A stretch of DNA of 64,000 nucleotides from an uncultured Acidobacteriota bacterium (lineage in GTDB: Bacteria > Acidobacteriota > Thermoanaerobaculia > UBA5066): positions 1,792,001 to 1,856,000 of the forward strand of contig CAVZYA010000001.1 in assembly GCA_963779415.1 (NCBI GenBank). The letters run 5' to 3'. Below are positions 46,515-58,662 of this stretch, piece after piece. How positions within the stretch are numbered: position 1 is the stretch's first letter; each line of letters opens with the position of its first letter. The translations under genes were made by a program, and so were the position numbers. The notes under the pieces are model-generated. The model had not been told where the DNA came from. It was given only the letters and a program-made list of their open reading frames with translations, and made no database searches.

Positions 46515-47800
46515 TTCCCGGCCCGGAAGGCTCCGGACGTTGCCACCACAGCCCTGCGTCGGAATCGTCTGCAGAGTTCCCGGACGGTCCCGACGACGTG
46601 GCCCACTTCGCGCCTGCGCATGCCCGGGAAGATAGGAAGGCTCACGAGCCGGGGCCAGAGGGCCGTCGCCACGGGGAGGTCCCGCGCGCGCCAGCCGAAG
46701 ATCTTCTGGTAGTACGGATGGAGATGAAGCGGCCGCCAGTGAACGGAGCAGCCGACGCCCGCCTTCTTCAGTTCCTCCATGAATCGATTGCGGTCTATGG
46801 AGAGCCGCTCGAGGCACAGCCGGATCGGAAAGAGGTGCCAGGCGTGGATCCGGTCCGCCGGGTCTGGAGGAAGCTCCAGCTCTTCGATCGCGGTCAGCTC
46901 CTCGCGGTACCGGATCGCCACGGCCTCCCGCGCACGCCGCATCTCCTCGGCCCTTTCCAGCTGGTGAATCCCGATCGCCGCCGCGATATCCGTGAGGTTG
47001 TACTTGAAGCCCGGCGCCAGGATCCGGTAGTCCCAGCTTCCGCTCCCCGAGTACCTCCCCCACGCATCGTGCGAGAGCCCGTGAAGGGACATGAGCCGCA
47101 TCCGGTCGGCCAGGGCCCGGTCAGCCGTCACGGACATCCCCCCCTCGCCCGTCGTGATCGTCTTGTTCGCGTAGAAGGAGAAGCAAGACACGGCTGACGT
47201 GTTCTCGCCGCATCGCCGCCACCGAGAGCGATTCGATCCCCGGTAGGCCGCGGGGAAGGCGTGAGCGGCGTCCTCCACGACCCAGAGATTCCTGCTCTTC
47301 GCCCACGCCGAGACGGCGTCCATGTCGAGCATCAGCCCGCCTACGTGCACCGGGATGATTCCGACGGCCTTCGCATCACGCGGCAGTTTCGGCGAGAGGC
47401 GACTCGACCGAAGATTCTCCAGTTTCCGTGATGCATCTGTCAGGTCGAGGTTCCCGGTCACCGGATCGCAGTCGACGAGAACCGGCACGGCCCCCAGATA
47501 CCGCACTACCTCTGCCGTCGCGGCGAACGTCATCGTCGGGACGAGAACCGCCTGCCCGGCCTTCAGACCCAGGGCTTCCACGGCCAGATGGAGAGCCGCT
47601 GTCGCCGAGTTGACGGCGACGGCATGCCGGCCGCCCACGGCGGTGCAGAAGTTCTCCTCGAAGCGTTTCGCGCGCGGTCCCGTCGTCAGCCAGCCCGACT
47701 TCAGGGTGGCGACGACCTCGTCGATCTCTCCCGCCAGAAGGTCGGGACGGAAAAAGGGAACCGAACTCTTCTTCACGCTGCCCTCACGTACGACCCCCAT
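46511..47800 (-). CDS. DegT/DnrJ/EryC1/StrS sugar aminotransferase
   Basis: GWLTTGP, VNSATAALH, EDAAHA, FSFYANKTITTGEGG, GFKYNLTD. Confidence 0.94.
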   Translation of the reverse strand: MGVVREGSVKKSSVPFFRPDLLAGEIDEVVATLKSGWLTTGPRAKRFEENFCTAVGGRHAVAVNSATAALHLAVEALGLKAGQAVLVPTMTFAATAEVVRYLGAVPVLVDCDPVTGNLDLTDASRKLENLRSSRLSPKLPRDAKAVGIIPVHVGGLMLDMDAVSAWAKSRNLWVVEDAAHAFPAAYRGSNRSRWRRCGENTSAVSCFSFYANKTITTGEGGMSVTADRALADRMRLMSLHGLSHDAWGRYSGSGSWDYRILAPGFKYNLTDIAAAIGIHQLERAEEMRRAREAVAIRYREELTAIEELELPPDPADRIHAWHLFPIRLCLERLSIDRNRFMEELKKAGVGCSVHWRPLHLHPYYQKIFGWRARDLPVATALWPRLVSLPIFPGMRRREVGHVVGTVRELCRRFRRRAVVATSGAFRAGK

Positions 47801-49092
47801 CGGGACGTCCCTCTCGGCGGAAGAGCCTCACGCTGCGCGCCAGTTCAGTTCGCACAGGAAACGACGCCGGCACAATTGCGAAGGAGAGAGCGATCACCGG
47901 CACGACGTACCGCACGATCGAGAGGGAGACGAACGCCATCGTCCAGAACAAGACGCAGCATCCCACGAGCAGCGAAGCGAGCCGGGCTGGTTCGGGTCCC
48001 TGTGCCCATGCCCTGTATCCAGACCACGCCAGCAGAGCCAGATACGGAATCTGGAGCAGTGCAATGGCCGTTTCATGGCGACGGCTGTCCGTCGCATACC
48101 AGACGCGAACCGCTTTCCAGGCGAGGAGTTTCGCCACCGCGAGCGGCTGTTTCACTGCTTCACGCGCCGAGAGCGATCCCACGTCCCCGAGGGTCCTCAG
48201 CTCCCGATAATGCTCTTCGATTTCAGCGGTCAACTCTGCGACGTCTGTCGGGCACCGCCTTCCTCTCCCTCCAGTCCTTTCGTGTGCCCGCAAACACCAG
48301 GCCATCACGAACTGTAGCGACGCCACCCGTGCTCAGCGGAATCACTCTTCCAGTCTGGGTGAAGGCCCACACTTCCCACGGCAAGACGACGAGAACATTT
48401 CCCAGAAGGAGAATTCCCGCGATCAAGGCGCCATGCCAGCGCGAACCGCGGCCCCACGACCACGCGAAAGAGGCGAAAAGAAATCCCGCCCCGATCGCGA
48501 TCGGACGGACGAGCATGGAGAGCCCCGTCAACATGCCGGCCGTGAGAGCGAGACCGTACCGACTCTCCGCCTCCAACGCGACTCCAGAACGCGAGCACGC
48601 GGCCGAGAAGAGCGCCAGAAACGGTAGATCACTGCTCGGCTGCTTGCACAACCAGAGAAGAAGCGGATAGGTCGCAACGAGCGCCGGGGCCAACAGCGCC
48701 CGCCTCCCCGGCCAGACCTCCTGGAAAGCTCGAAAACACACAAAGCTGCCAGACCGACCGAGATCGCCGAAAGCACTCCGATCGCCTGCGGCTCGGAGAT
48801 TCTCGATGCGCCAGCCGATCAGGAATGTCCCTGCCACGATCACGGATAGCCGGGCGGATACCGCAACGCGGGGCTGCCGTCCGCCAGCACGAGACCACGC
48901 CCTCGAGGAGATTTCGCGCGACGGTTCGTAGAACGACGTAAAGTCCGAATTCTCGTTCACGGCCTTGGCGCCCGGAAGGGCCGCACGAAAACCCAACACG
49001 GCAAGCACAGCTAGGACGAACACAACGACGCCGACGAGCCGGGGCGCGGCGCCGTGTCCGGACAAGGGCCAGGGGTCATGAACGCTTCTCAC
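47784..49092 (-). CDS. Polytopic membrane protein, GT-C/ArnT-like (multiple frameshifts)
   Basis: SDFTSFYEP, PSSDLPFLALF, LVRP, VLPWEVW...IPLSTGG and ..RYVVP fragments across frames. Confidence 0.6.
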
Positions 49093-49094
49093 AG

Positions 49095-50176
49095 TTAAAG
49101 CCTCTTCGATCCGACGATGATGTCCACGATCCGGACGCTCGCCTGGCCGTCCCAGAGCGGCACTTCCCGGGCAGCATTCCACCTCCCGTCCAGGATCTCT
49201 TTCGCGCTCGCCTCGATAGCCTCGGCCGATGTCCCCACAAGGCGGTTTGTCCCATGTGTCAACGTGACCGGCCTTTCCGTGTTCAGGCGCAGGGTCAGAC
49301 AGGGGATGCCGAGTGCGGTCGTCTCCTCCTGAATTCCACCGGAGTCGGTCAATACGAACCGGGCCGGCGCCATCAGACCAAGGAACGCTACATACGGCAA
49401 CGGTTCGCAGAACCGCACGTCGTCCGTCGCAACGATGCCCGCCACTTCGAGGCGGGTTTTCGTTCTGGGATGTACCGGAAAGAGGATTGGAATGCTCGCT
49501 GATACGCCCTTGACCGCCTCCATGAGACCCGTAAGCGCTGCGGTTGAATCGACGTTCGAAGGACGGTGAAGGTTAACAGAGCATAACCGTCAGGCCTGAG
49601 CCCGAAATCCGCCCACGGCGCGCGCTCCAACGCGACCGAGACGTGTTTCTTCAGAGTATCGACCATGCAGTTGCCCACGAAGTACACACGTTCCCGGGGA
49701 ATCCCTTCTAGCGCGAGGTTTTCGTTGGCGCTCTCTTCCGTCGTGAACAGGTAGTCAGAAAGGTGGTCCGTGACGACACGGTTGATCTCTTCCGGCATGG
49801 TCCGGTCGAACGAGCGAAGTCCCGCCTCAACATGCCCCAGCGGGATTCTCTCTTTCGCTGCGACGAGCGCGACGGCGGCTGTCGAGTTCACATCTCCTCC
49901 GACGAGGATCAGATCGGGGCGCCGTTCGCGGCAAACGTCCTCGAAGGCCATCATGATTCGCGCAGTCTGGCGTGCGGGCGTGTCAGATCCGACGTCTAAG
50001 TCCACGTCCGGCCGGGGCATTTCAAGTTCGTCAAAGAACACGCGGGACATGTTGTCGTCGTAATGTTGCCCCGTGTGGACGAAGTAATGCCCGATCCCTC
50101 GCTTCCGGATCTCCCCGACGACCGGCGCCATCTTCATGAAGTTGGGCCGGGCCCCCACGACACTGCAGATCAGCAT
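49095..50176 (-). CDS. wecB: UDP-N-acetylglucosamine 2-epimerase (frameshift at ~49572)
   Basis: VVGARPNFMK, HTGQHYD, HVEAGLRS..MPEEINR, TDSGGIQEE, TERP. Confidence 0.93.
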
Positions 50177-51396
50177 GCCCCAAGACTCTCCAGATGGTGG
50201 ATGAAGGCATCGGCGATCGTCCGGCGGTCGAAGTCTCGGAGGGCCGCCGCGCGGCCGGCACGACCGAGTTCAGCACGATTACTTGCACTCGAAGAGAGTT
50301 CGCGCAGCGCCGCCACGATACCGTCGATGTCGCCCGGTGCGACGACCCGGCCCGCGCCCGAGTCGCTCACGAGCGTTGCTGCCTCGCCCTCTGCCACCAG
50401 CAGGATGGGTACTCCGACCCCCATAGCCTCGTAAATTTTAGATGGAACCGCCCCGGGCAGCGATACTCCGAGAGGTACGAGCGCGATGCCAGCCGAGGCG
50501 AGGAGCTCCGGTATCGCCTCCCGCGGGAGGGCCTCGACGAAGTGCACTCGCTGGAGGTCCAACGTCTGGCTCCGGGCCATCAGACGCTCCTTTTCGGGAC
50601 CGTCTCCCACGAAAACAAATTCCAGCCCGTCGACGTCTCGCAACCGTGCCGCGGCTTCGAGAATCTGCTCGAGGCCCTGTGCAATCCCGTGCAGCCCCGC
50701 GTACATGGCAACGCAAGCATTCTTCTTCACTCCTCCAACCAGAAGCCTTTTCCAAACCGTTTCGGACCGGCTGGCCGGACTGAAAAGCTCCGTGTCGACA
50801 CCATTCGACAAATGATACAGGGGGACTGACGGGAACCGGCCCCGGATATTCGCCATGATCTCCCGACTCTGCCCAGTCACAAGCCAGGCATTGCGGTAGC
50901 AGAACGCTTCCAGGGTATGGGCGAGCTTGAGACCCCATCCGTCCGACACCACGCCCAAACGAACGGCACTCTCGGGCCAGAGGTCCGAGACGTTGAAGAT
51001 CCAGCGCGCCCGCGTCCGAAGCGCGAGCAGCCATCCGGAGATCCCGAGAAAAAGAGGGGGGCTCTCGGTCATCAAATAGTCAAGCCGCCCGAGACAGAAA
51101 AGGCCGACCCCCAGGGAAGAGAGAACGAATGAGAGATAGGATGCCAGACGCGGCCGAAGGCGAGCGCTCTGCGCAGTGTATAGCCAGCAGCGAATCACGG
51201 AGACTCCGTCGCGCGTTTCCCGGCGTAGAAAACCGCGATAGCCTGGAAATATCCGACCCCGCGGATAGTTCGGCATCGCCGTAAGCACGACCACCTCGTG
51301 CCCGTGCCGCACGAACTGGCCGGCAAGATGCGAGAGCCTTGCCTGCGGCGCTCCCATCTCCGGCGGGTAGTACTGGGTCAGGATTCCTATTCTCAT
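50170..51396 (-). CDS. GT4 glycosyltransferase (WbuB-like)
   Basis: TQYYPPE, PNYPRG, SPPLF, DLWPES, PSKIYEAMG. Confidence 0.92.
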   Translation of the reverse strand: MRIGILTQYYPPEMGAPQARLSHLAGQFVRHGHEVVVLTAMPNYPRGRIFPGYRGFLRRETRDGVSVIRCWLYTAQSARLRPRLASYLSFVLSSLGVGLFCLGRLDYLMTESPPLFLGISGWLLALRTRARWIFNVSDLWPESAVRLGVVSDGWGLKLAHTLEAFCYRNAWLVTGQSREIMANIRGRFPSVPLYHLSNGVDTELFSPASRSETVWKRLLVGGVKKNACVAMYAGLHGIAQGLEQILEAAARLRDVDGLEFVFVGDGPEKERLMARSQTLDLQRVHFVEALPREAIPELLASAGIALVPLGVSLPGAVPSKIYEAMGVGVPILLVAEGEAATLVSDSGAGRVVAPGDIDGIVAALRELSSSASNRAELGRAGRAAALRDFDRRTIADAFIHHLESLGAC

Positions 51397-51433
51397 GCCC
51401 TAAGTCCGGCCACGCCCTTCTCGATGGCGCCCG

Positions 51434-52853
51434 TCACCGAATACCCCGCTCCTCCGGACTCAGATTGCAGACCTGTACGCGGAACTTCCCGGCCGGTGTC
51501 CGGGCGATCTCGTCGACCAGATCTACGACCACCTCGACGTTGGTGCCGAGTCTCGCCTGGACGCCTTTCTTCATGTCGAACACGATCAGCATCCGAGAAT
51601 CCAGTTACGGGAACCGACCCGAATCCGGATGAGATTCCGGCGTTCCTGGACGATCTGCGCCTCTCGCATGTGGAGACCCGAATGAAAGATCGTGTCGAGT
51701 CCCCCGACCGGACTTCCTGCCGGCGTGTAAAGGAGATCGGCCGTGCGTCCTTCGAATCCTTTCAGAACGGGAAGGCGACGGCTGCATGGGCAGACCGACC
51801 GCCGAATCGGCCGCGAATCCGCGGTCACCGATTTCATAGCGAACCAGTGGCATGGCTTCATTTAGAAGTCCTGTACTCACGAGCCGGCCTACGCGCCCCG
51901 GCTCGACTGGCTCGTCCACATCATCCTTCGATCCATTCGGTGACGCCGATATCCGGCCAGAGGTGCATCACCCCTGCCGTACACTCACTGGCGGCGGCGA
52001 CGATTTCGGCCTGGCCGTACGTATCTCGAACCGGAGCTTGAAATGCGCGAGCGATGACATCGCGCTGATAGTCGAAAAGCGGCTCCGCATTGCTGAGGAC
52101 GACGGCCATCGGCGGCGCGACCAAGCCGCGCTCGATCACCCCGGCGGCAAGCGCCGCGAGGGCGGACGGATAGCCCAGCAGATATCGGATGTCATGGCGA
52201 GCCAGTGCCGAGACGTACGACGCCACGTTGCCGGGAGAGACGTGGTACGACGAGAGATAGAGTTGGTGAAGGGCGTGATTCCACACCCAGAACGGCGGCC
52301 GCTTCCGGTTTCCGGGCGTGACGCGCTGTCCGCCGCAGTTTGCCCAGCGGTCATGTCGCGAAACACCGTTCCAGGCCCTGAGGCGAGCCTCAATATGGCG
52401 AACCAGCCATGCTCGGTTCTCGCGAGAATGCCATAAGCTCAAGCGGCTTACCCGTGGTCCCGCTCGTCTCATCGAGAAGCAGCCCCCTGATGTCCGCAAT
52501 CGTCCGCGACAAAGGTTCGCGGACTTCTTCTAACCGACTCCTTTGAGAGAAGAGGCCAGTTCGCCAGGTCGTCCCAGGGCGCCCGATCTCCCGCCCGGCG
52601 GCGATGCGCCCACTGCTCCCGGTAGAACGGGACCCTCGTTGCCGCACGATGGAGAACCGTCCCAGATCGCTCCGCCTGCCACCGCGTCCATCTCTCTGGA
52701 GAGAACCCGTCCCTTTCGAGTGCCTCCGCTACGAGTCGGTCCGTCTCGCGGCCCATACCGCCATCGCCGTAGCCGATAGCCATGAAGGCTTGCGGCCAAT
52801 GTCTTTGCCGGATAAGGTGCCATCCGGTAGAGAGCGTGCGCCAGCCCGCTCAA
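51434..52853 (-). CDS. CapK / phenylacetate-CoA ligase-family adenylate-forming enzyme (multiple frameshifts)
   Basis: VPFYR, TSGTTGKP, GYPSAL, DTYGQAE, MPLVRYEIGD, GRTAD, GKFR across frames. Confidence 0.82.
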
Positions 52854-53968
52854 CACTCGCCACCCGCCGCACGTCGAAGCAGCGCCTCCCACATCGGAAA
52901 AACGAGGGACCAGTCACATCGGGTGACCCGTTCGCGGCCATTCCGCGAGAGGCTCGCCGCGAGATCCGGTTCCGACAGAACGCGTCGCACCGCATCCGCC
53001 ATCGCGTTCGGGTCGTTGGGCGGGACGAGAATCGCCTCCTTTTCGTTCTCGACCAGGTAGGGCATCCCGCCAGCCGAAGTCGACACGACACAAAGACCGC
53101 ATGCCATCGCCTCGAGCACGCTTACCGGGGCGTTGTCGACATTCGTCGTGTTGAGGAAGATGTCGCCTTCGTTCAGCCAGCGGCCGACTTCTACCTTGGG
53201 AACGCCCCCCGGAAACACGATGCGATCCGAGACCTGCAGCTCTACCGCAAGGCGCCTGGTCTCTTCCAGGCTCCCGTCGTGTTTATCGCGTCCCACCATC
53301 ACGAGTGAGATGTCGGGTACGTCCTGGGCGAGCTGCTGCACCACGCGTGGCGCCATCGCCGGGTTATAGATCCGATGGAACGCCCGCAGCCAGACGAGTC
53401 TTGGTGCTGCGGCACGACGAAGTCGGAAGGGGTAAAGAGATAGGTCCAGCGGATTCTCGAGGAGCTGAAGGTCTTCCCGGTAACCTCTCATTGCCTCGAA
53501 CAGGTACCGGGAGGGAACGGTGACGGCGGCTGCTCTCCGAAGCAGAGCCTGCACCCGGCGCCGTGCCGTCGCCGAGAAAGAGGGAAGGTCGCCTCCGCGG
53601 AGGGTGAAGACGACGGGCTTCCCTAGCATGTATGCCGTCCAGCCGACTGCCTCCCCCCACAGGAAGGCCGGTCCGCTGAAGAGGTCCACCACGGCTACGT
53701 CGTAGCTAAATCGCCGAAACAGCGCCGTCGTCACCATGTCCCAGCCGCGGGCGATCCGTCCGACCCGTCCTGAAGTCGTGACCAGTGACCAGCCGTGGCC
53801 CTCCAGACGCAGCGCGAGTTCCTCCATCACGGCCCGGCTTCCGCCTTCGTTTGACAGGAACGTCGCCACGAGAAGCAATCGGGGATTCTGGCCGCTGGTC
53901 GAATTTAGCCCCATTTTCGAGTCCCCCGCTTCCGGGCCTTCCGTTCCCCGTGCAGCTGCCTCCATCAA
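52850..53968 (-). CDS. GT4 glycosyltransferase
   Basis: LRGGDLP, DNAPVSVLEAMACG, GGMPYLV. Confidence 0.9.
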   Translation of the reverse strand: MMEAAARGTEGPEAGDSKMGLNSTSGQNPRLLLVATFLSNEGGSRAVMEELALRLEGHGWSLVTTSGRVGRIARGWDMVTTALFRRFSYDVAVVDLFSGPAFLWGEAVGWTAYMLGKPVVFTLRGGDLPSFSATARRRVQALLRRAAAVTVPSRYLFEAMRGYREDLQLLENPLDLSLYPFRLRRAAAPRLVWLRAFHRIYNPAMAPRVVQQLAQDVPDISLVMVGRDKHDGSLEETRRLAVELQVSDRIVFPGGVPKVEVGRWLNEGDIFLNTTNVDNAPVSVLEAMACGLCVVSTSAGGMPYLVENEKEAILVPPNDPNAMADAVRRVLSEPDLAASLSRNGRERVTRCDWSLVFPMWEALLRRAAGGEC

Positions 53969-54029
53969 TTCCTTCGCAACACTTCACCGCATCCTCATCC
54001 AAACGAACACCGAAACCTTCCGGCCCGCG

Positions 54030-54846
54030 TTACCCCGGACTTCTGATGAGGATCTTTCCATCGTCAACGGATACCGCTCGTTCCTTGAAGAATTCTAGCA
54101 GCTCCTCGTCATAAAACGCTCCGTACTTCTGGGCCCGGTTCAGGTGAAGATAGATGCGGCCGCCACGCTCAAGCAGGTTCTCCATCAAGTCGTCAAGCAG
54201 AAACTTCCATTCCCGACAACCCCAGGTGTTGTCTTCTGCATTACTGTCGCGTCGCCAAATTGAATGTCGTCCGAAATGCCGTGATCAGGTCAAACCGCCC
54301 TCCGAAAACCTCGGAAGCTTCTCCAGCGGTTTGATTCGCCACGCAGTCCGGCGAACGTTCAACGCCCTCACCATCTCATTGAATACCGCGAAATCCGGCA
54401 CATCGATCCCCTGCATCTCATGCCCAAACACGCTGCATACGTACGCGAAGTAGCCGGCCCCGCAGCCGATGTCCAGTATCCGGAGCGCCGGACCGCGCTG
54501 AAGCCCCAGGGAATAACAACGATACAAATTATAAAGCAGAAAGTAATTTGGCCGCAGGTACTCTGAATACTTCTCACGTTCCCGGACGTACCCGACCCGT
54601 ATTCGTCTCAGTGCGTCTCGATCCGCCCTTCGCCACATCAGAACGTAATCCCTGGCGAACGCGAAGGGATTCTCTTTCAACAGAAACGTAATCGCCTTTA
54701 TGATCTTCCGCAAAAAAGCTCCTTCTATTCTCGGACGCAGTCCCCATCCTTGAAGCACTCAAGATGCGACGTCTCCTGGTGAGCGAACGCGCTCGGCCGC
54801 AGCTTTCCGTCTCTTCGGGATCGGCCCGGGTGCCCAGTCGTTTCAT
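54030..54846 (-). CDS. Class I SAM-dependent methyltransferase (frameshifted, lower GC)
   Basis: RILDIGCGAGYF, then FDLITAF and W..REWKFLLDDL...GGRIYL in other frames, ending at TAA 54030; 5' boundary uncertain. Confidence 0.7.
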
Positions 54847-54987
54847 TCTGACACTTCATTAACATTTCGCAGCATTCGTGGGCCCCAGTCCGATAGCGCT
54901 CCAGTGTCGTCGTGCGGCGAAAACTCCCCACAACGAGAACTGCCGGGAATCCGGATCCTCCTGACGCAATTTCCAGCTTCGGTGCCG

Positions 54988-56349
54988 TCATCTTCGCCGT
55001 TCCTTCGGCTGCCCGGAAGATCGACCGATCCGGCACTGCGTCAACCCCATGGCAAACGCAGGCGCGGCGAGCCGCATCCCCGCGTGAAACATGAACAGAA
55101 AGGCCCACACAGCGAATGCGACCGCAAGCGCTCTTTCGAGGGGGCGTCGGTGATGCCCACCGGCCCTCCAGGCCATCATGATGAGACAAATAGCGGCACC
55201 GAAACCGAGCAGACCGTGTTCCGCCACGAGGCGCGTCCATTCCGTGTGGGCGGACGGTGCCCAGCTCAGCAAAGCAAACCGATTGGCAGCGCCCATCCCG
55301 GGCCCGACGCCGAGGATCGGATTCTGTTTCCAGATCATGAGGTCAGCCATTGCAATTTCATAACGACCCGACGTGTCCAGGTCCTGAAACCGGGCTTCCA
55401 GAGTACCCCCTGTGAACGACTTCAGGCCGGGAAGCACGAGAAAGACGGCGAGCCCGAGAGCAAAGGTCCCGCCGAAGAACAGGCGCCGGCGGGCACCCCG
55501 CTCTCGCACCAGAAATACCAAGGCAGCAGCCGCGGCGCCCGCGGCCGTATAGAGTCCGCCACGGGAGAACGTCAGAGCGCTCTGACACGCCAGGACGACC
55601 ATGAGCGAGAAGAAGATCGCTCTCAGCCATCCGGCACTGCGTATCGTCACCAGGAACAATAGCGACACGAGTGCTCCGAGCCCGAGAACCGACGACACCT
55701 GATTCGGCCCGTACCCACCGCTTGTGGCAAAATTCGACGCATCCGCGAAATCAAGTTCCGCAGCAGAAAATAGTCCCGAAAGCGCGATAGAACCAACGCT
55801 GATGGCGGGTCCCAGCATCGCCAGGAGTACAGCAGAGTACGTCGAGGCCGGCAACGTGAGCCGCGAGAAGAACCACGCGCATAGAGTGAGCGCCAACGGC
55901 CCCGACAGGTTGAAGCTGAGCCCGTTGAAGGCGATCCGCGGCCCGAGATTCCAGACGACGAGAAGGGACGACGGGAGCAAAAGCCCCAGGTAGGCGAATG
56001 GCAGCGCCATTCCGCGAAGCCGCCCCGAGCGGGCGATAGCAAGAGCAAGAACAAGGGCGAGGGCATACTTGGCGAACTCCCACGGTACCGACGCTCGCGT
56101 CATCCTCCAGAGGACGTCGCAGACGGCCACGTATCCGCCCCAGGCTGCGACACGGTCTTCGTGGCCGGCGACAGCCCAAACGAGCCCCAGAGCGAACACG
56201 AGAAAGGCATGAAGCGTCGAGACGAGCGGGTAGGCCCGCATGGCAAGACCCAGCGGGACGTGGACGAGCAGGAAGGCCGTCGCCCAGGCGGGCGTCACTC
56301 CGAAACTGCGCGGGGTGGGACCTGCCCCAGGTCGGTGGATCGTCGTCAT
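54988..56349 (-). CDS. O-antigen ligase/Wzy_C-family membrane protein (probable Wzy polymerase)
   Basis: About 12 TM helices, GPNQ, TFSRGG, NPILGVGPG, AHTEW..L.AEHG. Confidence 0.85.
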   Translation of the reverse strand: MTTIHRPGAGPTPRSFGVTPAWATAFLLVHVPLGLAMRAYPLVSTLHAFLVFALGLVWAVAGHEDRVAAWGGYVAVCDVLWRMTRASVPWEFAKYALALVLALAIARSGRLRGMALPFAYLGLLLPSSLLVVWNLGPRIAFNGLSFNLSGPLALTLCAWFFSRLTLPASTYSAVLLAMLGPAISVGSIALSGLFSAAELDFADASNFATSGGYGPNQVSSVLGLGALVSLLFLVTIRSAGWLRAIFFSLMVVLACQSALTFSRGGLYTAAGAAAAALVFLVRERGARRRLFFGGTFALGLAVFLVLPGLKSFTGGTLEARFQDLDTSGRYEIAMADLMIWKQNPILGVGPGMGAANRFALLSWAPSAHTEWTRLVAEHGLLGFGAAICLIMMAWRAGGHHRRPLERALAVAFAVWAFLFMFHAGMRLAAPAFAMGLTQCRIGRSSGQPKERRR

Positions 56350-57504
56350 GGTGCCGGCGCCGCCGTACCCTCGGGCAGATCGAGCAGGGACCGCACGGCC
56401 TCGACGAAGCGCGAGTACGAGAAGAGTCCCGCCGCGGCGACGGCCCGCTGCGATTCGTCCTTCCATTCCGCCGGATGCCCCAGATACCATCTGACGGCGT
56501 CGACGAACGCCTGTTCGTCAGCCGCGGGATAGGCTCGACCTGTGCGAAATCGTTCCAGGTACTGAGGTATGCAGCTGACCCGTCCGGCCAGGGGGACGGC
56601 GCCATACGCCATACCTTCGCTGAGCACCTTGGGCCAGCCCTCCGACACCGAGGGCAGAAGGATAAAATGAGCCTGTCCCAGCAACGGCGTGAGTTCCGGT
56701 CGCGTACGCCAGCCGTGGAACCGCACGGAGTGGCGAACGTCGAGTTGATCGGAGAGGGCCTCGAAGGTGCCTCGCTGCGGACCGTCCCCGACGAGATCGA
56801 GGCTCGCGGCGACGTTCGAAGCGCGGAGCCGCTCCAGAATACAAATGGCGTGGCCGGCTCCCTTCTCCTTCTCGAGTCGCCCGACGAAGACAAGTCTCAC
56901 CGGGCCGCCAAGCGTCTTTTCCGCTGCTGCGCGACGGCCTTCCTCGAGTTCGGTATCCGTGAGGCAAGGGTTCAGAAACGAGCGCACATGTGCCGGCTGG
57001 TCTGGCCATTCGCCGTTCACCGTCACGAGACTTCGGGTTCGGCCCGAAAGCAGCCATCGCCGCTGAAGGCGATACGACCAGGGTTCGCGCCCGTCCGGCT
57101 TCCAGTTACCCGCATACTTGATCCAGCGCTTCACGACCCCGCGAACGAACGGCAGAAGCGCCACGGCGACCAGACTGATTCCCGCCGGGCAACGCACGTG
57201 AAGGACGTCGGCGTCGGTCGTCTCCCTCAGGATCGTCCGCACCCATCCGGGCGCCCGGAGCAGAATCCCAAGCTTTTCCCTCACTCCCTCTCCTCCGGCC
57301 GGCCGCACCGCCACGACGCGGACGCGTGCAGACGAGTACGGCAGGGCGCTTTCGGGTGCCGCCGCTCTCGTGAAGAGGCGCGATGTGCACGATCTCCCGA
57401 AAAAGCTCGGCGAGATGGTCGATTTCCCGCACGGTCGGTCCCCAGCCGACGGTCCCGATTGCCGACCTGTAGTGATGCGTATGAGAGACCACGACGAGTT
57501 TCAC
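56346..57504 (-). CDS. GT4 glycosyltransferase (frameshift at ~57350)
   Basis: MKLVVVSHT.H, HVRCP, FVGRL..EKG, SEGWPKVLSEGMAYG. Confidence 0.88.
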
Positions 57505-58662
57505 GCGCGCTCTCCCTGGGTAGCGACGACTTCGCGCAAAAGACGGTCGAACAGGAAGACGCTCCGATCCCAGGTCTGCTGCGAGATAGCGCGCGCACGC
57601 GCGGCGGCACCCATCGCCCGCCGCTTCCCGGAATCCGCGAGAAGATTCTGAATCGCCGCGGCCGTCGCGCCCACGTCGTTCTCGGGCACGACGATTCCGG
57701 TCCTTCCATCCTCAATTGCCTCGGCCAGACCCGAATTGCCCGTCACCACGGCCGGCCGACCGCAAAGGGCGGCTTCCACGACGGCGATGCCATACCCCTC
57801 GAAGTCTCCGCTCTCGTCGTGCCGGCTCGTCATGACGAAGAGGTCGCAGGCATTCATGAGCCCAACGAGGCGGGCGGAGCCCACGCGTCCGAGAAAGTGA
57901 ACGCGCTCCGCCACGCCCAGCTCGCGAGCCAGAGCGCTGAATTCACGTTCCTTCGTCGGCAGGCCGGCCATCACGTAATGGACGGCACCGGCGTCCCGAA
58001 GTTCTGCGAGCGCACGAATGACGATGTCCTGCCCCTTCCGCTCGCTCACGTGCCCCACCGTGAGAAGGATTCGCGCGTCAAACAGCCCGAGCGACTCTCG
58101 ACAACTGGCGATCTCGGCCTCCGGAAGCAACATGAACGTCGACGCGTCTCCTCCATTCGGAATGACGCGGCCCGCACGAGGAGTAATTCCCGCGCCGCAC
58201 ATCGCGTTCCAGGTGTACTGGCTGACGCACACGACAGCGTTCGTACGCTTGTAGGCACGGCGTGTCAGCGTCCGCTGGAGGCCCCGCACGCCGAATTCCG
58301 AGCCGTGCCCAATTGCGATCCACGGCCCCCTCCAGATCGGAGCGAGAAGCCCACAGAGCCATACCGCTCGAAGGCCTGTCGCGATGACCACGTCGGGCTC
58401 GACTTTCCGAAACTCTGCAATGCCGTCAAGAAACGTAGGAACGCCTGACCGGCCGCCATCGGAAAAGATTCCATGCGCACGATGCGAAACGACTGGCAGC
58501 GCATTGAATCGCGTCGACCTCATCCTCGGTCGCATAGTCCTGGCACGTGAGGACCGTGGCTTCCCAGCCAAGGGATGCGAGACCCTTTACGACGGAAAAG
58601 GCATGCGTCCCGATTCCTCCCGGCCCCGGCGGAAACTCGCTGGAGACGACGAGGAGACGCAT
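57501..58662 (-). CDS. GT4 glycosyltransferase (frameshift at ~58500)
   Basis: MRLLVVSSEFPPGPGGI, HGSE, RKGQD, EGYGIAVVEA. Confidence 0.88.
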
